Shown piece by piece: positions 36,034 to 48,010 of a stretch of 64,000 nt of DNA. The position numbers and the translations under genes were made by a program. Numbering within the stretch: position 1 is the first letter of the stretch; the number at the start of each line of letters is the position of its first letter. This DNA is from Lama glama (taxonomy: Eukaryota). The notes beneath the pieces were generated by a model. It saw only the letters and a program-made list of their open reading frames with translations, made no database searches and was not told where the DNA came from. The DNA is taken from positions 6,946,001 through 7,010,000 of the forward strand of contig CM052818.1 in the NCBI GenBank assembly GCA_028534125.1, in the 5' to 3' direction.

Positions 36034-36450
36034 CAGAGGTTCTCAAACTTCTTGCTCTCCAGATTCCTTTATACTCAACATTATTGAGGACCTCAACGAA
36101 CTTTCTATTTACCATAGTAGAAATCAAACTGTAATTTTTTACTGCGTTTATTTACTTAAAATTACAATAATAAATGCACTCTGCTAACATATTTTTTAAA
36201 ATAACTTATTTTCCAAAACAAAAAGTGTTAGTGAGAAGGGTGGCACCACTTTACATTCCTGCAATTTTTTTAAATGTTTAGCTTAATAAAAGACAGATGG
36301 AGTCTCATATCTGCTTCTGAGCTCACTCTGTTGTGATATCAGACTGAGTTTTCCCAAAGCACATAGCTTCACACGTTCATGAGAAAATGAGAATGAAAAA
36401 GGCAAATAACATCTTATTATGAAAATAGTTTTCATCTTGTGGACCCCCTG
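36034..36450. mobile_element. Charlie1-like hAT DNA transposon deletion derivative
   Basis: 'cagaggttctcaaact..attattgaggacctcaa..gtgagaagggtggcac..gaaaatagtttt.atcttgtggaccccctg'. Confidence 0.65.
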
Positions 36451-36871
36451 CCCATTTTGATATTAATTAGAATGTAAATTACATGCAGTGTTGTTTTGGG
36501 ATAAAAGAGAGAGGCTTTTTGTAAGAGGAAGGTTGCCTTAGGTGATGGCTGAGGCCTGAGGCCAGGTTGTCTTAAAGTTCACCAACTGGCAAAATGCGGC
36601 CTCCATGGCTGGTGGTACCAGAAAGCAGAGCCTCGCCAATGTGGACCCGCGTGCTGTGTGTGTGTTAGAATTCTATGATAGCTGACTTTTCACGCCAGCT
36701 GTTCTGAATTGCAGGAGGCAGAATGGTGGTCAGATGTCCTCTCTTGAGGCCAAAAGCACATGAAAAAGCTGATTCTCCTTGGGGAAGTTCTTGCTTTTGG
36801 GATTCAAATACTCTACTAACTTTGAGGCCATGTTTGGGGTTTTTATCAATCCAAAAATATTTCAAAACAAT

Positions 36872-37707
36872 GGTTCCACTCACCTTACACCTGTTAGAAC
36901 TGCTATCACCAAAAAGATGAGAATAACAAGCAAGGATGTGGAGAAAAGGGAACACTGGTGCGCTTATTGGTGGGAATGCAAGTTGGTGCAGCCACTATGG
37001 AAAATAGTATGGAGTTTTCTCAAAAAAATTAAAAATAAAACTACCATATGATCCAACAATCCCAGTTCTGGGTATCCAAAGAAAATGAAAATAGAATCTT
37101 GAAGAAACAGTTGCACTCCCATGTTCATTGTAGCATTATTCACAACAGCCAAGATATGGAAATAATCTGAGCGCCCATCAGCAGATGAATAAAGAAGATG
37201 TGGTGTACAGATATACAATAGAATATTACACAGCACAAGAAAGAAGGAAATCCTGCCATTTGCAACAACATGGATGGACCTTGAGGGCATTATGCTAAGT
37301 GAGATGTCAGACAGAGAAAGACAAATACTGAATGTCACCACTTATATATGTGGAATCTAAAAAAGCCAAGTGCATAGAAACTAAGAGTAGAATGCTGGGG
37401 GCAGTGGGCAGAAGAAAACAGGGAGATGTTGATCAAAGGGAACAAACTTCCAGTTGGAAGATGAGTAAGTCCTGGGGAATCTATTGTGCAGGATGGTGAT
37501 TACAGTTAATAATGCCGTACCATGCACTTGAAAGTTGCTGAGAGAGTAGATCTTAAATGTTCTCACCACAAAAAAAGAAATACTAAATCTGAGACATGAT
37601 AGAAGTGTTAGCTAACACTCTGATTTTAATCGTTTTGCATTAAGTTAGTATTAAAATGTGGGATGCCTGAAACTTCTACAATGTTATATGCCAATTATAT
37701 CCCAATC
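36872..37707 (+). mobile_element. LINE-1 3' fragment (L1MA-like)
   Basis: ORF2-like HLTPVRTAITKK..WWECKLVQPLWKIVWSFLKK, disrupted, followed by the 3'UTR. Confidence 0.9.
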
Positions 37708-39471
37708 AGCCTAGGGCAGGGGTAACAACATGATGACCCCAGTATCTCCACGCCCTCAGCCTGCACTGGGGTCTGTGCGGAAGGTCGCAGTCTCACTGAA
37801 GAGACGCTGTGGGGAGATTTTCAGAGTCAAGTAACAGATCAGGAAAGTTTCTTCCCAGTTAGGTCCCTCCAAGGATACCTAATCTGGTTAATGAACATAA
37901 TCATCTGAGGAATGGGATGAGAATACTAATTCCTGGGCCCACCTCACATCAACCAGGGGCGGAGGCTATCTCTTAAAGCTCCAGGTCCATTCTCAAGCCA
38001 CCAGGCTTGGGAGCCACTGGCCTCCTCCACCCCCATCCACCTACTTTACAAGGGCCTCAGTCTTTAGGCATGTTGGGGTCACTTGGGGAACATATTTAAA
38101 ATCTGGAGTCCCCGGCTCAATCCTGAGAGAGCCCAGTAGCTGGAGATTAGGCAGATCTGGGATGGGTCCTGGGACAAGTTCTGAGCACGCAGCCCAGTTC
38201 ACTCTGCTGTCAGTGGCCAAAGACCACCCTTTGCCTGGTGGGCTTTGCAGCCTGTGTGACAGTCTGAGTGTCATAAAGGAACTTTAGGGCCCAGCTCAGA
38301 ATCAGCACACCCTTAGCCTCACTTCCATTATCCTTTGAACAATTAGACCTCTTCCTGGGAAACGAAATTAAGATCCAGGGTTTATAAGTCTCATATGATG
38401 AAGGTGGTAATCTTCTTCCCCTGTCCCAGAACTGTGTGTCCAAAGAAGATCCTTGCCTTCTCAGGCTCCAACTAGGCTCCACGCGCTGCCCACTCACCTC
38501 CTCCACGATTTTCTACCATCCTTCAAAGATGGGCGTGGTCGATGTGTTTGCGGATGGGTACACAACCGTCTTTCAAAAGAGCCAGGCTAAAGGTGCAGCA
38601 GGCAAAGAAAAAAAACAAAAACAAAAACAAAACTCATGAACTCAGCCTTCTTCATACCAGGAGCCCCACTCCCACCTTTTCCTGCAATTTTGTAGCAGAT
38701 ATTTTAGTTCCACCATCACAGAAGGAGCTGCTGCTCCCTCTCCACCTGCCCCCTTCCCCAGGCCATGGGTTTGAATGGGGCCTGTCTGACTGGCTCACTG
38801 ACTTACTAACAAGACTCCTGGACCCTGGCTCCCTAAGGCCAGTCTGTGACCTGGGATCAGTTCTACAGCCAGCCTCACCCTCACCCTCACCGTCACCCTC
38901 ATCTCCGTCCTCATCCTCATCCTCTGCCTTTGCCCCTGGCTTTCACATTTACTCTGCCTGGCACATGTTAGTGAATATTAACTCATTTCATGAATCACTT
39001 AAAGTATCAAGTTGCAATGAGAGACTTTTTTTTTTTTCACTTGTGTCTAGACACACAGAAACACACACTTAGGAATGGAATTGGCTTTTTAACCCCTGTC
39101 CAGCCTCATCCATCTTCCACTGGGGTCTGAACTCTGTGGGAACCATCATTGGAATTTGGGGCACTTCACCATCAGCTTGAGAAGATTCAATCCTGGGAGA
39201 GACTCAGTGAAAATGATGAATGTGCAAAAATCAGGGCTAACGCCCAGTTCTGGACACTGAAGCAGGTCCCATGCCAGTTGCCCCCGAGTCCCTGGGTGAG
39301 CCTGGGCTTCTGTGATTGCACCTGGCAGCCAGGTTGAGGAGGGCCACCCCTCCCAGCTCTTGAAAACATCATCCCTTCCACCTAACAAGCTGGCTTGGCT
39401 TAGAAGTCATCCCAAAAAAGCTGGTTTCACCCAAGGAGAAGAACTATCAGACGACCTTGAAGTGAAATTCC

Positions 39472-40117
39472 TGAAGGAGCTCAGGACACCCCAAAATACG
39501 CTGCTTTGCTATTTTGATTACTTTGAACTGAAGGCACTTTTTAAACACAGCAAATGCAGGGAGAGGCTTTTTCCAAACTCCCCTCATCTGCCTAAAGACA
39601 GATGCACCACAAGGAACTCAATTATCATGAATCCCCCCACCGGGAGTTTCACCAGCCAGGGAAGACTGACTCTTGTCACAGGAGTGGATGCTGGAAGTTC
39701 ACCCCACACCCAGGCAAACTCTGTCACAAATTATCACATGACCCGTCTATTCTTCAAAGGGCCTGTTTGTCTTTCCTCTAAACTTCCCCTCCCCTATAAA
39801 GGTATATAAGCTCTCAATCTCCTCTCCTTTCTGGATATTCACTTTTTTCCCTGTGATGTCCCCATCCACTTAATGTTAAAAATCAATGAATGCTGTGCTC
39901 ACTTCAGCAGCACATATACTAAAACTGGAACCACACAGAGAAAATTAGTATGGCCCCTGCACAAAGATGGCACGCAAATTTGTGAAGCGTTCCATATTTA
40001 AAAAAAAAAAAAATCAATGAATGTGTATATCTTTCCTCCTGTTAATCTGCCTGTTGTAAGTTTATTTCACAGCTATTGAACCTAGGAGGGTACAGGGAAA
40101 GTCTTTCCTCTCCTACA
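39472..40117 (+). mobile_element. ERV1 solo LTR (MER34-like) containing a U6 retrocopy
   Basis: Starts TGAAGGAGCTCAGGACACCCCAAAATACG, similar to the 8416-8966 LTR start. It has a TATA 'ggtatataag' and ends ..tcctaca. Confidence 0.75.
39895..40013 (+). pseudogene. RNU6: Full-length U6 snRNA processed pseudogene with poly(A) tail
   Basis: Matches U6 (GTGCTC..ACAGAG..TCCATATTT) with about 11 substitutions. It has an A-tail and TSD aaaaatcaatgaatg (39878-39892 / 40009-40023). Confidence 0.95.
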
Positions 40118-40897
40118 TCCTCATCCATTCATTCTTTCATCAAATATTTATTGAGTGTCTACCATGCCAAGTTGTATGCTAAGTATTAGAGATACCACTG
40201 AAAATGGAACAGGGGTCAGGCCTCAGGAAGCAGAGCGGAGGGACCAGACACTAAGCCAGCAGCTGCAGGGAGTGCTCAGCCTGTTCCCCAGGATCCTGGC
40301 CCGTCTGGGTGGACTGAGGGAGGGAGGGCACTCTGAGTGACTAAGGAGATTTCTGGGAAAAACCATTCATCCATGGCAATTTCTCAGCACCTATGGGAGG
40401 GGCACTTTCGGGGACAACACGACTCTGTGTCCTGCGAGTGCCAGCAATTTTTTAAGCACAGGGTCTTCAGTTCTTCATATTATTATGCCTTAGATGCTCT
40501 GCAGCAGGCAGTGCTGGAAACAGAAACTCAGAGAGATGAGTTTGCTCCTCTAAATCCCTCAGGAAGAAGAGCTGGAAGCAAACCTCAGGTCTGTCTGACT
40601 CAAGAGCCCTTTTTTTAATAGCTAGCCCATCATGGCCCTAGAGAGACAGATGGGCTTCATGGAAGGAGCTGGTAAAAACTGACAGGGCAATTTCACTAGC
40701 GTCTCAGGGGGGCACTGTATACACCAGAGGCCACCAGCAGAGCTGGTGGCTGGGGGCTGCCGGTGTCGGCATTGGCGGGAGGGGGCTTTGGGACATCTGT
40801 GGAAGATGGTGCTGGGGGCCTCAGCAATTGGGAGGGGCAGCCAGCAGTCACCTCGCGGCACAACAGTGAAAGCGGAGAAAATGAACAAGGTGGCCAC

Positions 40898-41270
40898 TGA
40901 GTTGCTCAGCCTGTACTTCTAGGTAAGCTGATCTTATGGCCACCACGCTCCCCTCCCTGCACCCTGACCATGGACTGAGCCCCAAGAAAATGGGCAGACC
41001 CTCCTAAATTCCTCCATAACAACAGCAAGTTCTTATCAAGATGAAAGGAATGTCGCCCCTGCTCACACCCTGTTATCACCCTCCTGTTCCCATTTTCCTG
41101 TAAAGCCCAGGACCTTTACCCTAAGATGGGCTCCCAGTCTCTAAGGCATCAGCCTGCTGCGCCTGCCTTTGCCTGGCACAGCAACAAAGCTGTTCTTTTC
41201 TATCCCCCCTAAACTCTGCCTCCGTCTCTCAATTTGGCTCTTGGGGTAGAGAGGCTGGTTTTTTGGCAAC
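40898..41270 (+). mobile_element. Probable solo LTR
   Basis: LTR-like layout: 'ctgtaaagcc' (TATA-like), 'caacaaagctgttcttttc' (polyA-like), ending 'tttttggcaac'. Confidence 0.45.
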
Positions 41271-41579
41271 CGTAGCTGACACTTATTGGACACTGTATTA
41301 AGTACTTAATATGGATTAACTTATTTAATGTTTACAACAACTGCTATTTTTAAAGATTAGGAAACCGAGGCCCAGAGAGGTAAGGTAACATTCTCAAGTC
41401 ACACACCTGCCACACGGGGCGCCCAGATTTGAACCTAGGCGCGGTGACTGCAGGGCTGGCGTGCTCGGGTGCTGTGCCCCGGCGCTGTGCTCCGTTGCCT
41501 GTCCTAGGTGCCTATAAGGGACTTTATACTCTTGAAGTGTTTATTTTACTGGTAGGGTGCCCGAGGAAGAAGCGGGCTA

Positions 41580-42059
41580 CTGTCTGGATCGCAAAAATGG
41601 CCACAATACTCTGTGACTCGTTCCTGCAGGAGTTAAAGGCCGTTTCCCCACTCTTGAGTCTGGCCTGGCCTCGTGACTTGCTCTGACCAGAGAACGTGGC
41701 AGAAACGAGGGTGGCCGGTGCCAAGCCTGGGCCTCAAGAAGCCTTGTGGCTTCTGCTTTCTTCCATCCCAGGACCCCTGCTGCTGCAGCAAGAAGCTGGG
41801 GGTAGGCTCACCTCTGCTGAACAATGAGAGGTTCGCGGCCCTGTCGCCCTTTCACCCCAGCTGCCAGCCTGCTAACCCCCAGATGTGTGAGTGAGGTTGT
41901 CCCAAACCACCCAGGGACCTGCCAGCTCACCACTGACACATACCCAAGCCCAGCAGAGCCAGGCTAGAAACTGCCCAGCTGACTCGCAGAGTCAGGCGCA
42001 CTGAAAGTGTGTTTCTTGTTTTAAGCCTCTGGGTGGCTTGTTGTGTAGCAGTAAATACA
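41580..42059 (+). mobile_element. MLT1 (ERVL-MaLR) solo LTR
   Basis: 'aaaaatggccacaa..cttgagtctggcctggcctcgtgacttgctctgacca..tgttttaagcc..ttgtgtagcagtaaataca'. Confidence 0.8.
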
Positions 42060-43059
42060 GCAGAAAATGCCTCAGAGAGATGGAAGGTATGAAGTTGGAG
42101 GAATTCCCACCAGACAGTAGGGAGAAGTGGAAACCCTTTCGGCTGGGAAAAGAGATTCAGAGGAAGAACAGTGGGGGTTGAACGGGGGGGGGGGAGGACA
42201 GGCCTGGTTCCTCAGAAACCCAGCACCCGCACCTCTTCCGGCTTGCACCAGATGGGGGAGTGGCCATACTCTCCTGGAGAGAAACTCCAGATAGAAAAGA
42301 AACAAGCAGGCGTACTCTGCTGCCTGTGGGAAGGGCGTCCCTAGCCAGCTCGAGGTGGCCGCCTCTTGGCAGACACAGGGTGTCGCCTGTGGGGCAGAGA
42401 GAGGCTCCGAGACAGTCCTGCGGACCTAGGATCCTGTGTGCTGTGGACGGGCTCCAGCTGCTCCCATTGGAGCAGCCCTGACTCAGACAACACGCTGCCT
42501 GAGCCTCAACTCCAGTAGCAGCTGTGAGAGTGAGGAGCGGGAAGAGGAGAAACGTTTAGGATGTACCAGGGACAAGAAATCTTGGAGCAAATGGAAATGA
42601 AAGGAATGGCCACTGGGGGAGGGGCAGCTTAAAATAACACTGCTGTTCAGAGTACAAAAGAATGCCCCCAGAACTAATAGGGGGAAAAAAGATTCTATGA
42701 TACTTACTAAATGTCATCACCGTATAAAATGTACATCTTATGGTATAATCATGCCTTTTGGTGATGACGCTATGATCTTTTGACATTGCCTGCTACTTGC
42801 CCTTGTTTTAAAGGGTTACCCTTCCTTGAAGCATTTGAGTTTTACAAAGAATAAAAGCCCGAAAGTGAGGGATGACGCTGTGTTCACAGAATTTCAGGCA
42901 GCCATTGAGAGTGGAACAAGGGTTTTTCTTTTATGTTGGCTCCTTCTTGGGGTTCTTGGCCTGGGCACCAGCCCCAAAGCCGCAAAAATCATCTCAGGAC
43001 CTTGGCGTCGCACACCTTGAATTCCCTTCCCCCCAAATTGTCCCAGTGTTTCTCAGACT

Positions 43060-43800
43060 TGGGGAAGCGGCTCTCTCCGCTCCGGATCGTGGAGGGTGGG
43101 GGCGGCCGATACCCCATGCGGCCGCCAGAGGGCGCTGCTCCGTCGCCCGGCGCGCGCGGCTGCCTTGGGCGTGTGGCCTGGCGTGGGCATTTTTGTGTTG
43201 TTTAAATGCCAGCGTTGATTGCTCACTCCTTTCTCTTACATGTTTCTAATTTACCGGGTATCTCTTCTACGTGAAAAACTTAAGAAATAAAAAAGAAGTG
43301 CATATTTACCTTTAGTTCCAGGGTGAGCAAAAGGGGTTTGACACCGAATGCAGTTTTGTTCCAGAAACCTCTGGGACTGGGGCAGAGCAGCCAACAAGGG
43401 CTCCCCAGACGCTACTCCCCGGTTAGGACAGAGGCACGTGAGAACAAACTCACCCTCGGCCCTGGAAATGCTCTTGCTAGCAACCAACAAGCCCGCAGCT
43501 TCCCGCTCCAGAAGCCGGGTTTGTTTCCGGCCAAGTTCAGGAGGAGCTGGTGGCCGAAGAGGGTGCCGCGAGGGACGGCCGACTGGCCACCCGCGACCCG
43601 GACGCGGCCCCGAGCGGGCTACCAGCCCGACTTCCCGCCTTGCCGGGGGCGGGCGCGGCGCGGGGGGCGGCGCCCGGGGAGCAGACGCGCGGACCGCGGC
43701 TGGGGAGGGGGACGCGGAAGGAGGAACAGGGCGGGCGCTCGGGGCAGCAGTACCCGCACACGGTGAAGGCAGGGGGCAGGAGGACGAGGAGGGGAGCAGA
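43060..43800. promoter_or_regulatory. CpG island / probable promoter
   Basis: Very high GC and CpG content, with GC boxes (ggggcgggcg), an ETS motif ttccgg and a minus-strand donor AGG|GTGAGT at 43454/43453. Confidence 0.75.
43119..43137 (+). promoter_or_regulatory. CTCF motif (forward)
   Basis: CGGCCGCCAGAGGGCGCTG is essentially the consensus. Confidence 0.75.
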
Positions 43801-44262
43801 GGGAGAGTCCTGCCTGATGGGAGTGGCGGGGACGGTCCCTTGGGCTTGGGTGGAAGCTTGACCACCACAAAGAGAAGTCATCAGCAAAGAAACCTGAAGA
43901 CGCGTTTGGTCTCTGGGAGGGAGAGCGCCAAATCCCGGGGTGGGGGCTGGGGTGGGAGCCTGGGGGGAGTGTCGCATTGACGGCTAGGTTGTTTTTCAAA
44001 CCGGAAAAAAAAAAATTCCCCGTCTCCTGGGGAGATTTCTCAGTCACTTTTCTCCTGCAGGAAGCTGCTTCTTGTTGGAGCCTCCTGGGATTGGCAGAGT
44101 TAAAATCCTTTAACCCAGGATGCCTTGGGCCTTTTGTTCAGCTCTGACAATGGAATTGGGTGGAGGGGGCTGGGAAGGCAAGAAGCTGGGTCTGGGGTGT
44201 AACCGTGGGGTGGGAGTCTGATGAAGCTGTGTTTAGTTACAGGGTGAAAAAAAGCAATTTGG

Positions 44263-44293
<31 letters not shown>

Positions 44294-44313
44294 CGTGCGC
44301 GCGGGGGGGGGGG
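44263..44313. repeat. (GT)n-(GC)n alternating purine-pyrimidine tract followed by G11
   Basis: 41 bp of perfect R/Y alternation (44263-44303), then a G run to 44313. Confidence 0.9.
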
Positions 44314-44892
44314 CGTAAGGTGTTAGGAAGCCCAAGACACAGGGCACCAGCTCGTTAACACGTGTAAGAGTACCTGCTGTGCAGCTCAGCAAACCCTTAA
44401 TTACCCAGGGAGACCTTCCAAAACTGGGAACTCAATATGAGTCCCTAGAAGGTCGGATAAATGGGTTTTTCTTGCACCTCGATCCAAGGGGACAGATCTC
44501 CAGCTCCCCTAGGCTCCCACATTATTCTAGATGTCTTTGTCTTCTAAAATTCTGTGCTCCCATGCGACAGCATTTAGTTAAGGACACTCAGAAATGTATA
44601 CCCTTCAACCATATTATCTTAAAATCTTCGTTTGAACCTATCTCCTTGAGTCATAATTGTCAGCAGCATCCACTAATTCAAAGGACTTGGGGTGACAGTC
44701 TTCAAGCCCTCCCACCATTCAGACTTTGCTCCTCCCACTCCCTAGTGCATCCTCTCCTTAGAAAACATGGCCCCTCAGGGTCCCTTGGTGTATCTTGAAT
44801 TCACCAGCCTCCCTATCTCTGGCCCTGCGGTTGCCTTCCTGGGAAACCCTCCCCATCTAGATGGTTATTTTCTTCTCCATTCACTTCTGGCC

Positions 44893-46900
44893 TCAGTCAG
44901 TCAACATGCATTTACTGAGAGCCCCTTATGTGCAAGGCATGTTCTGGCCCTGGAATTATATCAGAGACCAAGACAAATACCTGCCCTTAAGGATTTTATG
45001 GCCTAATAGAAGAGAATAAAGCCAAACAATTTCACGTGTTGATACAGAGCTAATCAATGTGATGTAATTGTGGTGGGAGTGGGAGGCTTTCGGGTACTGC
45101 TTTATTTAGCCAGGGAAGGTCTCTTTGAAACCTCTTGAGCAGGAAGGAGGTGGCCATGTGAAGATGTGGGAAGAATACTCCAAGCAGAAGGGGTGTAAGC
45201 GCAGAATCCCTGGTGCAGGAATGCACTTGCTAAGTTCAGGAGACACCGTGAAGGTCACTGTTGTTGGACCAAAGTGAACAAGGAGATTTCAAGGGCTCTG
45301 GAGACATAGGCAAGGATTAGACCATCATTTCCTCATGGGCCAAAATAAGGAGTGTGGGTTTTATTTTGGTTGCAGTGGGAAAACTTTGGAGGGTTTTAAG
45401 CCAGAAGAGAAGAGATTCCATTTACCCTTTAGAAAGGTCACTCTGGCTGCTTGGCAGAGCATGGACTAGGAACATAGAACAATGAAGATGTGACTGCAGA
45501 AGTCCTGGCAAGAGGAGGTCAAAGCAGGATTGTGGCTATGGCTATGGTGAGGTTTCTGGACCAATGACAGAAGAGTCAAGGATGATACCTCCATTTTTAG
45601 GATAACTGGGTGGACAGGATGCCCATGTCAGAGGGGAGGGGTGGGTAGATCAGCAGTTCTGTTTTGGCCATGCCAAGACCTGTCAGATGTCAGGTGAATG
45701 TGTGAGGACAGGTTTGAGTTTGGAGTTCAGGGGCATCTCCTTCGGATTTAAATTTGAGATCCAGCATACAGATAGTGTTCAAAGATGTGGATCTGGATAA
45801 TTCCACTTAGGGAAAGAGTAAAGCTAGAAGAGAGAAGGATGAGACTGAAGCCACTCTAACATTTAGAGATCTGATAGAGGAAAAGCGAGCAGAGGAGACT
45901 GAGATGAAAAAATGTGTGAAGTTAGAAAAAACCAGAAAGATGGTGATTCTAAGGAAACTGAGCAAAGGAAGTGTTTCAAGAAGGAGGATGTATCAATCTG
46001 CTATTGCTAGGTAACAAACAGCCACAAAAATTTCAATGGCATACAACAGTAAATATTTGTTTTACTCATGCATCTATGGCCCAGCTGGGGCTCAGCAGCT
46101 GATGCTGACCTTGTCTGGACAGCTCTCAGCTACACATCCCTCATCATCCTTGCACCACTAGGCCAGTGAGGGCAGGTTGTTCAATGGTGATAACATTGGC
46201 ACAAATAGGGAGGCAGGTGGAAATGCCTCTTAAGGCCTAGGCTTAGAATTGGTGCCATATCACTTCCTCCTCCTTTCATGGGCCAAAATGGGTCACTGAG
46301 CCATGTCCAAAGTCCAAGGGGCAAGAATGTACACTCCACCTCTAGTGCAAAGAGGGACTTCAGAGTCACACAGGATAAGAACTCAGGGAGGAGTGGCAAG
46401 AATTAGGTCTAATAATTCAGTCTACCACAGAATGGTCAAACATGTTCAGTGCCACAGGGAGACTAGGTGAAATGGGGACTATGAACTGGCCACTAATCTA
46501 GTCAAGATACAGGTCACTGGCATCCTCTTAAGAGCTATTACAAGAGAATGGCAAGGATAAAAGGCCAGCTGGAGTGGGTGGAGGTGAGAATGGGAGTTGG
46601 GGAAGAGAAGTGTGAGTTTTTGGACAACTCTCCCACGAACATTTGCTCTGCAGAGGGGCAGAAAAATAGTGCATTGCCTGAAGGAGTCAGGAGGCTAAGG
46701 CTAATATGTCTTTAAATTGATAGATATTAGTAAAGAGGAAGAAAATGATGATGCATGAAAGAAAGGAAATATTTGCGCTGTTGGAAGGCGGAAAGGCCCA
46801 GGCCGCAGATGGGCGGAGGGAACGCAGAGCTGCAAGCGTTCTGGTGGCTTTGGTGGGAGGAAGAGCAGGTAGTTCTTCTGTCTGTGCCTATTTTCTCTAT
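44893..46900 (-). mobile_element. LINE-2 fragment interrupted by an MLT1 LTR (~45990-46430)
   Basis: Antisense L2 3' end 'cagtcagtcaacatgcatttactgag..tgtgcaaggcatgttc', with internal 'gagggttttaagc..aaaggtcactctggctgc'. The MLT1 insert begins 'tgtatcaatctgctattgct'. Confidence 0.7.
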
Positions 46901-47639
46901 TAAGGATAGTCGAGGCCAGACTGAAAGAGGAAGGAGTGTTGAAAATATGCAGAAGAGGAGAAAGTGTGACGTTGTTGCCCATGGAGAGAGAGGAGGAATT
47001 TTCTAAGAAACACTGGTCGTAGCATTACCCAGAAATTCAAATGTACACTGAAAATGTATGGCCATAAATTTGATAGGAGTCCATCCAGAGTAGCTGGCTA
47101 ATTTTCTTCAGCAGTGTGCAACTGCTTCATTGCAGGCGTGAAGTAAGCAGCTGGATTTAACCACAGTTGGGTTTTTGCCAGGTGAATGCAATGGAGAGAG
47201 ACTGGGTTAAGAGTGTTTGCAAGGGAGATATGCACTGATGGCCCAGTCCCCCAGGGAGTTGGGGGGGGTCGGCCACACCTGGCCCCTTTGTGGAAGCTTC
47301 CCAGATTACCCGGGGGGAGGGGAGGGGATGGGAGGGGAGTGGAAGGGGGGACAGGGAAGACTTCCTTTTGCAGGAACCCCTAAACTCTGGTTGCTCATGT
47401 TTCTCAGTTAGGCCTTATCTACTTCCTGATGTCTTCAGCGTTCTTCTTCCTCCTGGATTTCCTCAATTAGACGCAAGTTTGGGCAGAACCCCAGCTATGC
47501 CATTTTGCACGCGCTCAAGTCCAGTACAGCACCTGACACGTAATGTGCACTTCACAAATGTTTGTTGCTAGAGTTGGATACAGTAATGGTTTCCCTTTAA
47601 GGCCAAGAATGGGGCCCATCCTAGGGGGAGGGGGTCCTT

Positions 47640-48010
47640 CTGCCCGAGGCTCCCGCCCCCACCCCCAACCCAGGCCAGCTGCCGTGGCCGCCCCTCCCCC
47701 TCCCCAGCAGCAGCTTGATCCAAGTAACCCGACTCCTGGGCCGGCTCCCCCTCCCGACTCAGGGCTCAGTGGCCAATGGCCGTGGCCGGAGCCTCCGCTG
47801 GGAGCCGCGGGGCCCTCCCGGCGCCACCCTGGCCAGGCTGCAGCTGGGGCACCGGGAGCGAAGGCCTGCCCGTCTGCGGGCCGGGCCTCCCGCTGCCGCT
47901 CCCAGCCTGTGCTCTCCGTGCCCTGCGTGCTGTGCCGTCCGCCCCCGCCTAGCCCAGCCCAGCCCAGACACACCCGCTGTCTGCCCCAAGCCTGGGAGGC
48001 CCCGAGGCTA
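47640..48010. promoter_or_regulatory. CpG/GC-rich island (orphan enhancer- or promoter-like)
   Basis: Dense CpGs, GC boxes (cccgcccc), CCAAT near 47773 and an NF-kB-like GGGACTTCCC at 48331-48340 nearby. Confidence 0.55.

Noticed and set aside
38873..38923. (CCTCAC/CCTCAT)n encoding a Ser-Pro run in ORF 38542-39072
   Set aside because: It is a simple hexamer repeat, probably a decayed repeat tail. The ORF also crosses an A-rich microsatellite.
42713..42768. Inverted repeat gtcatcacc..ggtgatgac as a miRNA or MITE
   Set aside because: Only a 9-bp stem with a poorly pairing interior, within chance expectation.
43251..44047. Six overlapping 100-210 aa ORFs on both strands
   Set aside because: These are Pro/Arg/Gly/Ala-rich products expected from stop-codon scarcity in a CpG island. 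No domain is recognisable.
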